Shown: positions 15,870-24,000 of the stretch, one piece after another
Layout: every line of letters begins with the position of its first letter
Numbering within the stretch: the stretch's first letter is position 1
Assembly: GCA_026399575.1 (NCBI GenBank)
Contig: JAPLQS010000066.1
Location: 1-24,000 of the forward strand
Direction: 5' to 3'
From: Nitrosospira sp.
GTDB lineage: Bacteria > Pseudomonadota > Gammaproteobacteria > Burkholderiales > Nitrosomonadaceae
DNA: 24,000 nt
Position numbers and translations under genes: made by a program
Notes under the pieces: model-generated
Seen by the model: the letters and a program-made list of their open reading frames with translations, nothing else
Database searches by the model: none
Told to the model about the DNA's origin: nothing

Positions 15870-16001
15870 TCAAAGTAACTGAAATGCGAAAATGGCAACA
15901 AATGCGGGCGGCAGCCAGCAACCCTAGAGGATGACCGCTTCATTCTCGAACGCACTTTGCGGACGAAAGCCCGTCGGTTTTAAATCCCAGTCCGACAGGC
16001 C
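15870..16001 (-). pseudogene. Decayed 3' remnant (about 44 codons) of a paralog of the Na_H_antiport_2-type transporter gene at 18242..19498
   Basis: 15870-15915 matches 18242-18287 at 38/46 ungapped by hand count. The minus-strand translation GLSDWDLKPTGFRPQSAFENEAVIL*GCWLPPAFVAIFAFQLL* aligns with the intact C-terminus GLTVIANAPNPAGFSILKGSFEDEAINPLGLLVAALPPTFVAILAFQLL*. It carries an in-frame TAG, a 9-nt deletion and small indels. Confidence 0.75.
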
Positions 16002-16002
16002 G

Positions 16003-16908
16003 CTAGGCTTCTTTTTGCAGCTGCACAGACAGTGGCGGAATTTCTGCAAGCTGCAGTGTAGTGGAGCCGATCTGCACCTTGCCATGAGTCTCCTCAAATC
16101 CAGCTAAAATATTTACAAACAACTTGTCTTTAGTGCTTCTCCTGACACGGCAGTCAACTACATAGCGCAGTGTAAACTCGATAAAATTGGAATCGAAACT
16201 CATCGTTACCATAGGGTCCAGCTTTGCATCCTCGACACGATAATGGCGCACAAAATTGCGCCAAGCCTCCTTAGATTCTTCACTGAACTTTGATAATACG
16301 GTCTGGCCAGCCCCTTCAATAATGCTGCGTGCCAAATGATGGTCCGAATCTGTTCTTACCGGAATGACGATTTCGTCCCACAGAAATGGAAAGTCCGCGG
16401 TGTAATTGATGATGTGTTCCTTGAACATCAAATTGTTCGATAAGCGCACAATGCGGCCATTGTATAAATCCGCTTTAACCCATTCGCCACATTCCATGAC
16501 CGTGGTAATCAGTGGACTGATGTCGATCACGTCACCCATGATGCTGCCGATCTGTATCCGATCACCGGGTTTATACTGTTTTCCGAAAGATATGACAGCC
16601 CATCCAATCAGGCTTTGTATCACCTCGCGCAGGGCAAACCCGATACCCACACTGAGTGCGCCGATGATGACTGTCAGGTTCGTCATCTGATCGCTGAAAA
16701 TGGTTAAAACAGCAAGCGGAGCGAGTACATAACCTGCCAGACTGAAGGCCTTGCGCATTTTGTAGCGCAGGTCCTTGTCCTCTATTTTTCTTGAGGCGGC
16801 AGCTTGAGCAAAGCGCACCAGCAAAATAATAAGAAGCATGGCGAATGCGGCCGTCACTCCCTTCATGAAGAGGGGATGGACAATCAGGTTTCCGATCAGG
16901 TCGCTCAT
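16003..16908 (-). CDS. MscS-family mechanosensitive channel
   Basis: 301 aa. Three N-terminal TM helices, then the MscS beta-domain signature (YKPGDRIQIGSIMGDVIDISPLITTV). GGAGG lies upstream. Starts 17 nt after the upstream gene's stop, so probably co-transcribed. Confidence 0.88.
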   Translation of the reverse strand: MSDLIGNLIVHPLFMKGVTAAFAMLLIILLVRFAQAAASRKIEDKDLRYKMRKAFSLAGYVLAPLAVLTIFSDQMTNLTVIIGALSVGIGFALREVIQSLIGWAVISFGKQYKPGDRIQIGSIMGDVIDISPLITTVMECGEWVKADLYNGRIVRLSNNLMFKEHIINYTADFPFLWDEIVIPVRTDSDHHLARSIIEGAGQTVLSKFSEESKEAWRNFVRHYRVEDAKLDPMVTMSFDSNFIEFTLRYVVDCRVRRSTKDKLFVNILAGFEETHGKVQIGSTTLQLAEIPPLSVQLQKEA

Positions 16909-16925
16909 TGTCAGAACCTCCGGTA

Positions 16926-18167
16926 TTAACGATCTTTTTCCTCAGTCAACGGCTTGCCAAGCGTACGCGCATAGAATTTCTGTGTTGCGTGAAGCGGATA
17001 TATCATGACCAATAATGCTGTCAGCGTGATGCTGACCAGTACCACCATATAGGTTACATCGCGTATCACCTCGCCGCCTACAACGCCGTATTGCAACGGC
17101 AGAGTGGCCAGCACAGCGGCTGCCAATCCTTTGGGTGCCATCATCGAGGTGATGGCGGCATCGCGCAGACTGTACGCATCGGCGCGAAATAACAGCCTGG
17201 TAAGCAGCAAGCGCATTCCGAACACCAGCAGCACCATGGCGACTGCTGCAAGCGCAAGATGTACCTCCCCAAAGTGGATGGAGATGCCGAGATAGACGAA
17301 AAAGTAGGTCTTGAGCAGGAACACTGCCTCGCGGTAAAAAGTCAGATCTATTTTCTTTAGTGTCGTGAGCTGATCGTCCAGGTTCCTGGTCCGCGCCAAA
17401 CCGAATGTATTAAAATTGACCAGCGTAATGCCCAGTGCCAGTGCCGCAATCGCACCGGAAAAACCGAGCATCTCAGTCAGACCATAGATGATGAACACAT
17501 AGGCAAGCGTGGAGGAAATGGTGTTGGGAAAATCGCGCAGCTTGCCCAGCACCAGCAACCAGCCAATGCCGCCCAATACGCCGATGGCCGCGGCGAAGAC
17601 CAGCGAAGCCAGCACACTGCCAAGCAGTGTGCCAGGACCAACCCCGCCCTCGGTATATATCTTCAACAGCGTGACCACGCCGACGATGCTCAGCACGTCG
17701 GTCAGCGCCGATTCCAGCACCAGCACGGTGGTGGATTTCTCCGACAGGCACAAGACATTTACCATCGGGATGACCACGGCGGAAGTGGTGCCGCCCACCG
17801 TGACGCCGAGCAGAATGGCGGGCACCAACGGCAGATCGAACGCAGTAAAACCGACTAGCGCCACGATCATGGTCGTCAATGCAAAGCACACGATGCTCAG
17901 CACCCCGGTGGTTGCCAGCGACTTGCCCAGCACGCCCAGATTGAGGGATGTGCCGCTTTCGAACAGAATGACCACCAGCGCAATGGTGGCGATCACTGGG
18001 CCAATCTTGCCAAAATCCTCCGGTGTGACGATGCCCAACACCGGGCCGATCACGACGCCAACCAGCATCAATACCAGCACGTCTGGTATGTTGGTCTTGC
18101 GAAATAGCAGGGATAGAAAGTGGGCAAAGAACACCATCAGCCCAATGACCAGTATGATTGTGGACAT
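16926..18167 (-). CDS. Cation:proton antiporter (Na+/H+ exchanger family, CPA type)
   Basis: 413 aa, polytopic. N-terminus LFRKTNIPDVLVLMLVGVVIGP and LFESGTSL are typical of the Na_H_Exchanger family. AGGAGA lies 8 nt upstream. Confidence 0.88.
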   Translation of the reverse strand: MSTIILVIGLMVFFAHFLSLLFRKTNIPDVLVLMLVGVVIGPVLGIVTPEDFGKIGPVIATIALVVILFESGTSLNLGVLGKSLATTGVLSIVCFALTTMIVALVGFTAFDLPLVPAILLGVTVGGTTSAVVIPMVNVLCLSEKSTTVLVLESALTDVLSIVGVVTLLKIYTEGGVGPGTLLGSVLASLVFAAAIGVLGGIGWLLVLGKLRDFPNTISSTLAYVFIIYGLTEMLGFSGAIAALALGITLVNFNTFGLARTRNLDDQLTTLKKIDLTFYREAVFLLKTYFFVYLGISIHFGEVHLALAAVAMVLLVFGMRLLLTRLLFRADAYSLRDAAITSMMAPKGLAAAVLATLPLQYGVVGGEVIRDVTYMVVLVSITLTALLVMIYPLHATQKFYARTLGKPLTEEKDR

Positions 18168-18241
18168 CCGGAGTTTCTCCTACCAGAAAGTGTGGATTAT
18201 AACGTTACTTCTTGGGGCGGTGGCCGATCTGGTCTGGCAGG

Positions 18242-19498
18242 CTAAAGCAACTGAAACGCAAGAATGGCAACAAATGTAGGCGGCAGCGCGGCAACCAACA
18301 GCCCCAATGGATTGATCGCTTCATCCTCGAACGAACCTTTGAGGATGGAAAAACCTGCCGGGTTGGGTGCATTGGCGATGACTGTCAGGCCACCACCGGT
18401 AACCGCGCCGGCAACGAGCGCATACTTGAATTCGGCACTGGGTGCGTCCATCAGAGAACCCAGATAAGTGAGTGCGGCATTGTCAGTGATCGCGGTCAGC
18501 ATGGTGGCACCAAAAAAGAGTGCAGTGCTGTCCATTCCAGCCAGCATGGGTTGCAGCCACCACTTCTGCTGCCCTCCCAGGACGACCAGACCGGCAAGAA
18601 AAAAAGCGACCAGCAACCCCTCGCGCAGGATCAGCCTGTCCTGAAAACGCTCATAGGCGTGAGCAAAGCCGAGAAAGAACAACAGCAGGCCCATGAAGAT
18701 TACCGGGTGATGCGCGAACACCACTACACTGACCAGGAAAAACAGATGCACCAATACTACTGGCAGAGGGACGCTGTCTTGCCCAGACTGCTCTTCACTC
18801 TGCATTTTTGATAATTCGCGCTGGAACAGCAAGGTGGCCGCCAGGGCATTTATCAACACTGCCAGCGCAGCTTTCCAGCCAAAGGTGGTGAACATGAAGG
18901 TGATATCCCAGCCCCACTTGCCAGCCACCATCAGTACCGGTGGCGCAGCATAGGGCGTCATCGTGCCGCCGATCGAAATGTTGACGAACAGCACACCGAG
19001 CGTGACATATTTGAGGCGGGTCGAAATACCCTTGGAGTAGTAGCGATCAAATAGAATAAGTGCGGCCAGCGTCATGGCGGCTGGCTCGGTAATAAAGGAG
19101 CCCAGCAGCGGCACAAACGATAACGTGATGAAGTAGAATGCCTTCTCGCGCGGCCAGGGAATGAGCCGCGCGATGGCCTTGACGTTGAGCATCGCAAATT
19201 GCAGGATCGGACGGGTGCCTGCAATCACCATGATGGCGAATACGAACATCGGCTCGATAAAACTCTGCTGTTCAAGGTAAGTTATGGCGGCCTGCTTGCC
19301 ATCTATGAACATCATTGCCACGACCAGCATCCCTCCCCAGAATCCAAACACCACCTCGACCTCACCCAGCAAGTGCCAGGTGCCAGCGTGTGCCGGGCGT
19401 GTGTGTGCCAGATGCTCGAAGAATTTGGTCGAGAAAGTATGGATGACGGCAACACCAAACAGCACTGCACCGATTATTTCTATGGGGAGGGGATTCAT
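18242..19498 (-). CDS. Putative Na+/H+ antiporter-like membrane protein (Na_H_antiport_2 / DUF1504-like, ion-transporter superfamily)
   Basis: 418 aa, polytopic. The N-terminus IEIIGAVLFGVAVIHTFSTKFFEHLAH matches my memory of this family. No Shine-Dalgarno in the 20 nt upstream (cgcaccatcaacaatag-ATG). Confidence 0.75.
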   Translation of the reverse strand: MNPLPIEIIGAVLFGVAVIHTFSTKFFEHLAHTRPAHAGTWHLLGEVEVVFGFWGGMLVVAMMFIDGKQAAITYLEQQSFIEPMFVFAIMVIAGTRPILQFAMLNVKAIARLIPWPREKAFYFITLSFVPLLGSFITEPAAMTLAALILFDRYYSKGISTRLKYVTLGVLFVNISIGGTMTPYAAPPVLMVAGKWGWDITFMFTTFGWKAALAVLINALAATLLFQRELSKMQSEEQSGQDSVPLPVVLVHLFFLVSVVVFAHHPVIFMGLLLFFLGFAHAYERFQDRLILREGLLVAFFLAGLVVLGGQQKWWLQPMLAGMDSTALFFGATMLTAITDNAALTYLGSLMDAPSAEFKYALVAGAVTGGGLTVIANAPNPAGFSILKGSFEDEAINPLGLLVAALPPTFVAILAFQLL

Positions 19499-19602
19499 CT
19501 ATTGTTGATGGTGCGCGAGGTTACTGCTGCCTGTGAGTCTATGTGAGTAAGCGGGCTGCAGGTATTTTGCAATTCAGGCTCGGACAGAAGTTTGCGGGTC
19601 AA

Positions 19603-19610
19603 GGGGGGGG
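19603..19610. repeat. G8 (C8 on the minus strand) homopolymer in the transporter leader
   Basis: aaGGGGGGGGtg. The only G/C run of 8 or more that I noticed in the window. Confidence 0.9.
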
Positions 19611-19620
19611 TGCTGAGCCG

Positions 19621-19710
19621 GCCGGACTGATGGACTAAACATACCGGGTATGATACTTGAAAGTCAGCTGTTCTGGAAACAGCAACTATTGCCAGACCCG
19701 GTTCAGCAGA
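19621..19710 (-). promoter_or_regulatory. Copy 1 of a duplicated ~90-nt promoter/leader-like element (upstream of the Na_H_antiport_2-type gene)
   Basis: Ungapped match to 20236-20325 at offset 615. 19632-19681 scores 41/50 and 19632-19708 scores 56/77 by hand count. Minus-strand conserved blocks are TGGCA, TGTTTCCAGA, TCAAGTATYATAC and TATGTTTAGTCCRTCA. Confidence 0.6.
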
Positions 19711-19729
19711 TAAAGACCGTGGTGCGATG

Positions 19730-20188
19730 CTAATTCTGTATATGGCTGGCATCTGCATCTCTCACTGGTATGCGCCAGATAAACACCGCCAGGATAATTC
19801 CCAGCACGGCCAGCAGCGCTTGCTGCCAGACCTCCGGCAGCAGCAGGATCGAGCTGCCGAATGACAATGCCATCAGCAGATACACCCAGCGTTTGACCCG
19901 GCGCGGGATGCTGTGGTGCTCGCGCCATTCGCGAATGAGCGGACCAGCAAAACGGTTGGCCAGCAAGCGGTCATGAAAATGTTCCGAGCCGCGGGCGAAG
20001 CAGGCAGCAGCCAGCAGCACGAAGGGGGTGGTGGGCAATACCGGCAGCACCGCACCCAGCACAGCCAGAATCAGCGCGGCGATGCCCAGCGCCAGGTACA
20101 GGCCGCGCACCAGGCGTGAATCATGCAGACGTATTGAACTCGCCCCCCGCTCACCCGGTTGCGTTTCCTCGTTCAAACGTTCCTGCAT
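19730..20188 (-). CDS. ybaN: YbaN-family (DUF454) inner-membrane protein
   Basis: 152 aa. The core GIAALILAVLGAVLPVLPTTPFVLLAAACFARGSEHFHDRLL matches my memory of DUF454. GAGGA lies 7 nt upstream of the ATG. Confidence 0.85.
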   Translation of the reverse strand: MQERLNEETQPGERGASSIRLHDSRLVRGLYLALGIAALILAVLGAVLPVLPTTPFVLLAAACFARGSEHFHDRLLANRFAGPLIREWREHHSIPRRVKRWVYLLMALSFGSSILLLPEVWQQALLAVLGIILAVFIWRIPVRDADASHIQN

Positions 20189-20235
20189 GGTCGCGTCCTC
20201 AATCTAATCGGTTACAGCGGGCTGGGCTTGATCGG

Positions 20236-20325
20236 GCTGTGATGACGGACTAAACATAGCGAGTATAATACTTGAGAGTCTGGGACTCTGGAAACACAGG
20301 TTCCTGCCAAACCTGATCCGGCATG
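20236..20325 (-). promoter_or_regulatory. Copy 2 of the duplicated promoter/leader-like element (upstream of ybaN)
   Basis: See copy 1. The minus strand carries TTTCCA-18 nt-TATTAT followed 7 nt later by ATGTTTAGTCC. The + strand reads ATGACG-16 nt-TATAAT, which could alternatively serve the FKBP gene. Confidence 0.6.
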
Positions 20326-20424
20326 GGCCGACTCGTTTCCGACAGCAAGGAATTGTTTGTGAATGAAAGCGTGGCTCGCCCACAATCATAATTCAATTAT
20401 TTCAATTTATTTTTTGAGGTGATC

Positions 20425-20889
20425 ATGTCTAAAGTAAACACCCTGCTTAATTTGAGCATCTTCATTCTGGGCATGACTTTGCTGCCCCAGACCGCATTTT
20501 CCCAAACCAAGCAGGGAACAACTGGTACGACCGAACTCGTGAAATCTGAGGTCATAATAGGAACGGGTGAGGAAGCAACCGTCGGCAAAATGGCTGAGGT
20601 TCATTATACAGGCTGGCTTTTCGATCCGACCGGGCCGCTGAATAAAGGTAAAAAATTTGATAGCTCACGCGATCGTAACAGCCCATTCTCATTTCTACTG
20701 GGAGCGGGGCGGGTTATCAAGGGCTGGGACAAGGGCGTTGTCGGCATGAAAATTGGTGGGCGGCGGATGCTGATTGTCCCCCCATCCATGGCTTATGGCG
20801 CAGCTGGTGCCGGCGGCGTGATCCCGCCGAATGCGACATTGATTTTTGACGTGGAGCTGCTGAGCCTGCGTCAAGGCGCCACGCACTGA
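20425..20889 (+). CDS. Secreted FKBP-type peptidyl-prolyl cis-trans isomerase
   Basis: ATG 20425 follows GAGG at 20416-20419. Signal peptide [30 protein letters not shown] core VHYTGWL...FDSS...[26 protein letters not shown]...LIFDVELL. Confidence 0.9.
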   Translation: MSKVNTLLNLSIFILGMTLLPQTAFSQTKQGTTGTTELVKSEVIIGTGEEATVGKMAEVHYTGWLFDPTGPLNKGKKFDSSRDRNSPFSFLLGAGRVIKGWDKGVVGMKIGGRRMLIVPPSMAYGAAGAGGVIPPNATLIFDVELLSLRQGATH

Positions 20890-20944
20890 GCATCAACGGC
20901 AAAGCAACACATGACCGCGGGCAAGGCGCGGTAACGGGAACGAC

Positions 20945-22111
20945 ATGAAAATACATGAGTACCAGGCCAAGGAAATTCTGCGCGAATTTGGCGTTGCCAC
21001 CCCGTGCGGAATCGCCTGCTTCAGTATTGACCAGGCAGTGGCGGCAGCCAGCAAGCTGGGTGGTAGCGTGTGGGTAGTGAAAGCGCAGATTCACGCTGGC
21101 GGACGCGGCAAGGGCGGTGGGGTGAAAGTGGCGAGATCGCTCGACGAAGTCAGGCAGCTTGCCACGGCAATACTGGGTATGACCCTCGTCACCCACCAGA
21201 CGGGTGCGCACGGGCAGGTTGTGCGGCGGCTGCTGATCGAGCAGGGCGCCGACATCAAGAAGGAGTTGTACATCGGCATGGTGGTGGATCGCAGCAACCA
21301 GCGCGTGTGCCTGATGGCGAGTTCCGAAGGCGGCATGGATATCGAACAGGTCGCTGCCAGCATGCCGGGGAAAATCCACAAGGTATTGATCGACCCACTG
21401 GCAGGATTGACCGATCAGGATGCCGACGACATCGCCCGCAAGATTGGCGTTGCCGAACCCGCCGTGACCGAAGCACGGATCTTGCTGCAAAACCTGTACC
21501 AGGCTTTTGACAGCACCGATGCCACGCTGGTCGAAATCAACCCACTGATACTTACCGCTGACAATCATGTGCTCGCGCTCGACGCAAAAATGAATTTCGA
21601 TGACAACGCGCTGTTCCGTCATCCCGAAATTGCCGCCTTGCGCGATCTGGACGAAGAAGACCCTTCGGAGATCGAAGCGTCCAAACATGACCTCTCCTAC
21701 ATTTCTCTGGATGGCAATATCGGTTGCCTGGTCAATGGTGCAGGGCTGGCGATGGCCACCATGGATATCATCAAACTCTATGGCGGCAGTCCTGCCAATT
21801 TTCTCGATGTCGGTGGTGGCGCCACTGCCGAAAAAGTAGCCGAGGCATTCAAGCTGATGCTGCGCAACCCGAAACTGCAAGCCATCCTGGTGAATATATT
21901 CGGCGGCATCATGAAATGCGATGTGATTGCCGAAGGCGTGGTGGCGGCAGCGCGGGAAGTGCAGCTCAGCGTACCGCTGGTAGTGCGTCTTGAAGGCACC
22001 AATGTGGATCTGGGCAAGAAAATTCTGGCCGAATCCGGTTTGCCGATCATTTCGGCGAGCAATATGGCAGATGCTGCCGAAAAAGCAGTCACGGCAGCGA
22101 GGGGAATATAG
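20945..22111 (+). CDS. sucC: Succinyl-CoA synthetase beta subunit
   Basis: 388 aa. [20 protein letters not shown]-grasp N-terminus, [10 protein letters not shown], and ligase-CoA domain [10 protein letters not shown]. Confidence 0.97.
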   Translation: MKIHEYQAKEILREFGVATPCGIACFSIDQAVAAASKLGGSVWVVKAQIHAGGRGKGGGVKVARSLDEVRQLATAILGMTLVTHQTGAHGQVVRRLLIEQGADIKKELYIGMVVDRSNQRVCLMASSEGGMDIEQVAASMPGKIHKVLIDPLAGLTDQDADDIARKIGVAEPAVTEARILLQNLYQAFDSTDATLVEINPLILTADNHVLALDAKMNFDDNALFRHPEIAALRDLDEEDPSEIEASKHDLSYISLDGNIGCLVNGAGLAMATMDIIKLYGGSPANFLDVGGGATAEKVAEAFKLMLRNPKLQAILVNIFGGIMKCDVIAEGVVAAAREVQLSVPLVVRLEGTNVDLGKKILAESGLPIISASNMADAAEKAVTAARGI

Positions 22112-22113
22112 TC

Positions 22114-22992
22114 ATGGCCATCCTGATAGATCAGCACACCCGCGTCATGACCCAGGGTATCACCGGCAAGACCGGACAATTTCACACCCGCATGTGCCGC
22201 GACTATGCCAATGGCAGGAATTGTTTTGTGGCCGGAGTAAATCCGAAGAAACCGGGTGAGGACTTCGAGGGCATTCCGATCTATGCCACCGTCAAAGAAG
22301 CGAAGCAGGCCAGCGGCGCTACCGTTTCGGTGATTTACGTACCGCCACCGTTCGCCGCCGCCGCAATTGATGAAGCAGTGGAAGCGGAACTGGACCTGGT
22401 GATCTGCATCACCGAAGGAATTCCGGTACGCGACATGCTGCGCACGCGCTACAAAATGCAGGGACGGAAAACCCGGCTGATTGGCCCCAATTGCCCCGGC
22501 ATCATTACCCCCGATGAAATCAAGATTGGCATCATGCCGGGGCACATTCACAAAAAGGGCCGCATCGGTGTGGTATCGCGCTCTGGCACCCTGACTTACG
22601 AAGCAGTAGCACAATTGATGGAACAGGGATTAGGGCAATCCACCTGTATTGGCATCGGCGGCGACCCGGTGAACGGCTTGAAACACCTCGATGTGATGCA
22701 ATTGTTCAACGACGATGATGCAACCGATGCGGTTGTGATGGTGGGAGAAATCGGCGGCTCCGACGAGGAAGACTGCGCCCGCTGGGTCAAGGACAATATG
22801 CGGAAACCGGTGGTGGGTTTCATCGCCGGCGTAACCGCACCGGCGGGCAAACGTATGGGGCATGCCGGTGCGATTATCTCCGGCGGCAAGGGCACGGCAC
22901 AGGAAAAACTTGCGGTAATGGAAGAATGCGGGATCAAGGTAACTCGCAACCCCGCAGAGATGGGCAAGCTGCTCAAATCGGTGTTGCGATAA
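22114..22992 (+). CDS. sucD: Succinyl-CoA synthetase alpha subunit
   Basis: 292 aa. SRSGTLTYE motif and the phosphohistidine loop [11 protein letters not shown]. Starts 2 nt after the sucC stop. Confidence 0.97.
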   Translation: MAILIDQHTRVMTQGITGKTGQFHTRMCRDYANGRNCFVAGVNPKKPGEDFEGIPIYATVKEAKQASGATVSVIYVPPPFAAAAIDEAVEAELDLVICITEGIPVRDMLRTRYKMQGRKTRLIGPNCPGIITPDEIKIGIMPGHIHKKGRIGVVSRSGTLTYEAVAQLMEQGLGQSTCIGIGGDPVNGLKHLDVMQLFNDDDATDAVVMVGEIGGSDEEDCARWVKDNMRKPVVGFIAGVTAPAGKRMGHAGAIISGGKGTAQEKLAVMEECGIKVTRNPAEMGKLLKSVLR

Positions 22993-23017
22993 TCAGACTG
23001 GCTATGGCTGCTTTGCA

Positions 23018-23941
23018 ATGACCTTATTCTCGATAATATTCGCTCTCCTGCTGGAGCAATGGCGTCCCACTGACCGCCGCAATCAAGCCATACTGCTGTT
23101 CGCCTCCTATGCCGATGCGCTGGAGCGCTATTTCAATACCGGCGCAAGTCGTCATGGCGTCGCAGCATGGATCGCCGCAGTGTTCCCGCTGCTGCTGCTT
23201 ACCGGTGCGATCTATTATTTTCTGCTTAGTCTGAGTCCATTGCTGGCATGGGCGTGGAATGTGGTGGTGCTTTATTTCACCATAAGCTTTCACCAGTTCA
23301 ATCATCTGTTCGCCGAAATCAACCGGGCCCTCAGGAATGGCGATCTGCCGCAGGCTCGAGAACTGCTGCGGCAATGGCGTGGAACACCTGCGGATGAACT
23401 CAGCAGTGAGGCGATTGCACGGGTTGCGATTGAATTGGGACTGGTGCATTCGCACCGCTACGTGTTCGGGGTGATCGTCTGTTTTGCTTTGCTGCCGGGA
23501 CCGCTGGGTGCAGTGCTGTACCGCCTCACGGAGTTGCTGGGCGAGCGTTGGGGCAGCCGCCCGGAAGAAGAATCCGGCGCATTCGGCCAATTCGCCGCAA
23601 AAGCGTTCAAGGCCATAGACTGGTTACCGGCAAGATTAACTGCGGTGAGTTTTGCCATCGCCGGTAACTTTGAGGATGCAATTTATTGCTGGCGCGCGCA
23701 GGCCGCATCCTGGGCGAATCATACCCAGGGCATCATTCTTGCCAGTGGCGCGGGTGCGTTGGGCGTACGCCTGGGAGACTCGCTGCAGGAAGCCAGCAGC
23801 GTTCACTACCGCCCGGAATTGGGTATGGGCGAAGAAGCCGACATGGATTTTCTGCAGAGTGCCACCGGTCTGATCTGGCGCACCCTGGTATTATGGCTGG
23901 CGCTGATGCTGCTGCTGGGAATTGCGAATTGGGCGGGTTAG
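23018..23941 (+). CDS. CobD/CbiB-AmpE family membrane protein
   Basis: 307 aa. The N-terminus MTLFSIIFALLLEQWRP and overall topology resemble the AmpE/CobD family. No other cobalamin genes are nearby. Confidence 0.7.
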   Translation: MTLFSIIFALLLEQWRPTDRRNQAILLFASYADALERYFNTGASRHGVAAWIAAVFPLLLLTGAIYYFLLSLSPLLAWAWNVVVLYFTISFHQFNHLFAEINRALRNGDLPQARELLRQWRGTPADELSSEAIARVAIELGLVHSHRYVFGVIVCFALLPGPLGAVLYRLTELLGERWGSRPEEESGAFGQFAAKAFKAIDWLPARLTAVSFAIAGNFEDAIYCWRAQAASWANHTQGIILASGAGALGVRLGDSLQEASSVHYRPELGMGEEADMDFLQSATGLIWRTLVLWLALMLLLGIANWAG

Positions 23942-24000
23942 AGACACCAGATCAGCCAACGGGATCGCAATGCGTTTAATTACAGCAACTTTTATGGTTT

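Noticed and set aside
17509-18279. 256-aa + strand ORF opposite the CPA antiporter, and 188-aa ORF 23024..23590 opposite the CobD/AmpE-family gene
   Set aside because: Both are Ser/Thr/Pro-rich or Arg-rich shadow frames of membrane-protein genes. The sense-strand products have clear family features.
19685-19700. Sigma54-like TGGCA...TTGC on the minus strand of repeat copy 1
   Set aside because: The GG-to-GC spacing is 10 nt rather than the 12 nt of the TGGCAC-N5-TTGC consensus, and copy 2 has TGGCA but no TTGC.
20717-22614. 387-aa (20717..21880) and 278-aa (21778..22614) ORFs antisense to sucC and sucD
   Set aside because: They overlap highly conserved sucCD on the opposite strand. The translations are Gly/Ala/His/Arg-rich with no motifs, so they are classic antisense artefacts.

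Overview
Chromosomal window of about 53-55% GC (estimated by eye), with gene content typical of a betaproteobacterial-type chemolithoautotroph. The core is a divergent cbbR and a green-like form IA RuBisCO operon with no carboxysome genes (IAq type): cbbL, cbbS, a strong intrinsic terminator, cbbQ, cbbO, and a small cbbN-like ORF overlapping the cbbO stop in an ATGA. Left of it lie an AT-richer, apparently decayed region with short tandem repeats, a small secreted repeat protein, a secreted phytase-like esterase, djlA, and three poorly characterised genes: a Cys-rich membrane protein, a secreted KDER/His-rich low-complexity protein, and a secreted protein with a duplicated two-Cys module. Right of the operon lie a hypothetical gene, an ATM1-type ABC exporter, pbpG, a LapA-domain protein, a minus-strand cation/osmotic module (ybaN-like DUF454, a Na_H_antiport_2-type transporter, a CPA-type cation:proton antiporter, an MscS-family channel), an FKBP isomerase, sucCD and a CobD/AmpE-family protein. 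No CRISPR array, rRNA, tRNA or intact mobile element was seen. The findings most worth a second look are listed here. (1) A decayed 3' remnant of the Na_H_antiport_2 gene lies directly after the mscS-family gene. (2) A roughly 90-nt promoter/leader-like element is duplicated upstream of both ybaN and the transporter, each copy carrying a conserved MFSPS mini-ORF start. Together these two repeat pairs suggest a gutted ancestral transporter gene bracketing a 4.2-kb replacement. (3) The cbbL leader contains an anti-SD mimic (UCCUCC) that can pair with either a decoy or the real cbbL Shine-Dalgarno. (4) A G8/C8 tract sits in the transporter leader, and a -1 slip there would fuse the mini-ORF to a frame ending in an ATGA overlap with the SD-less transporter start. 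All family assignments come from motif recognition by eye; no searches were run.
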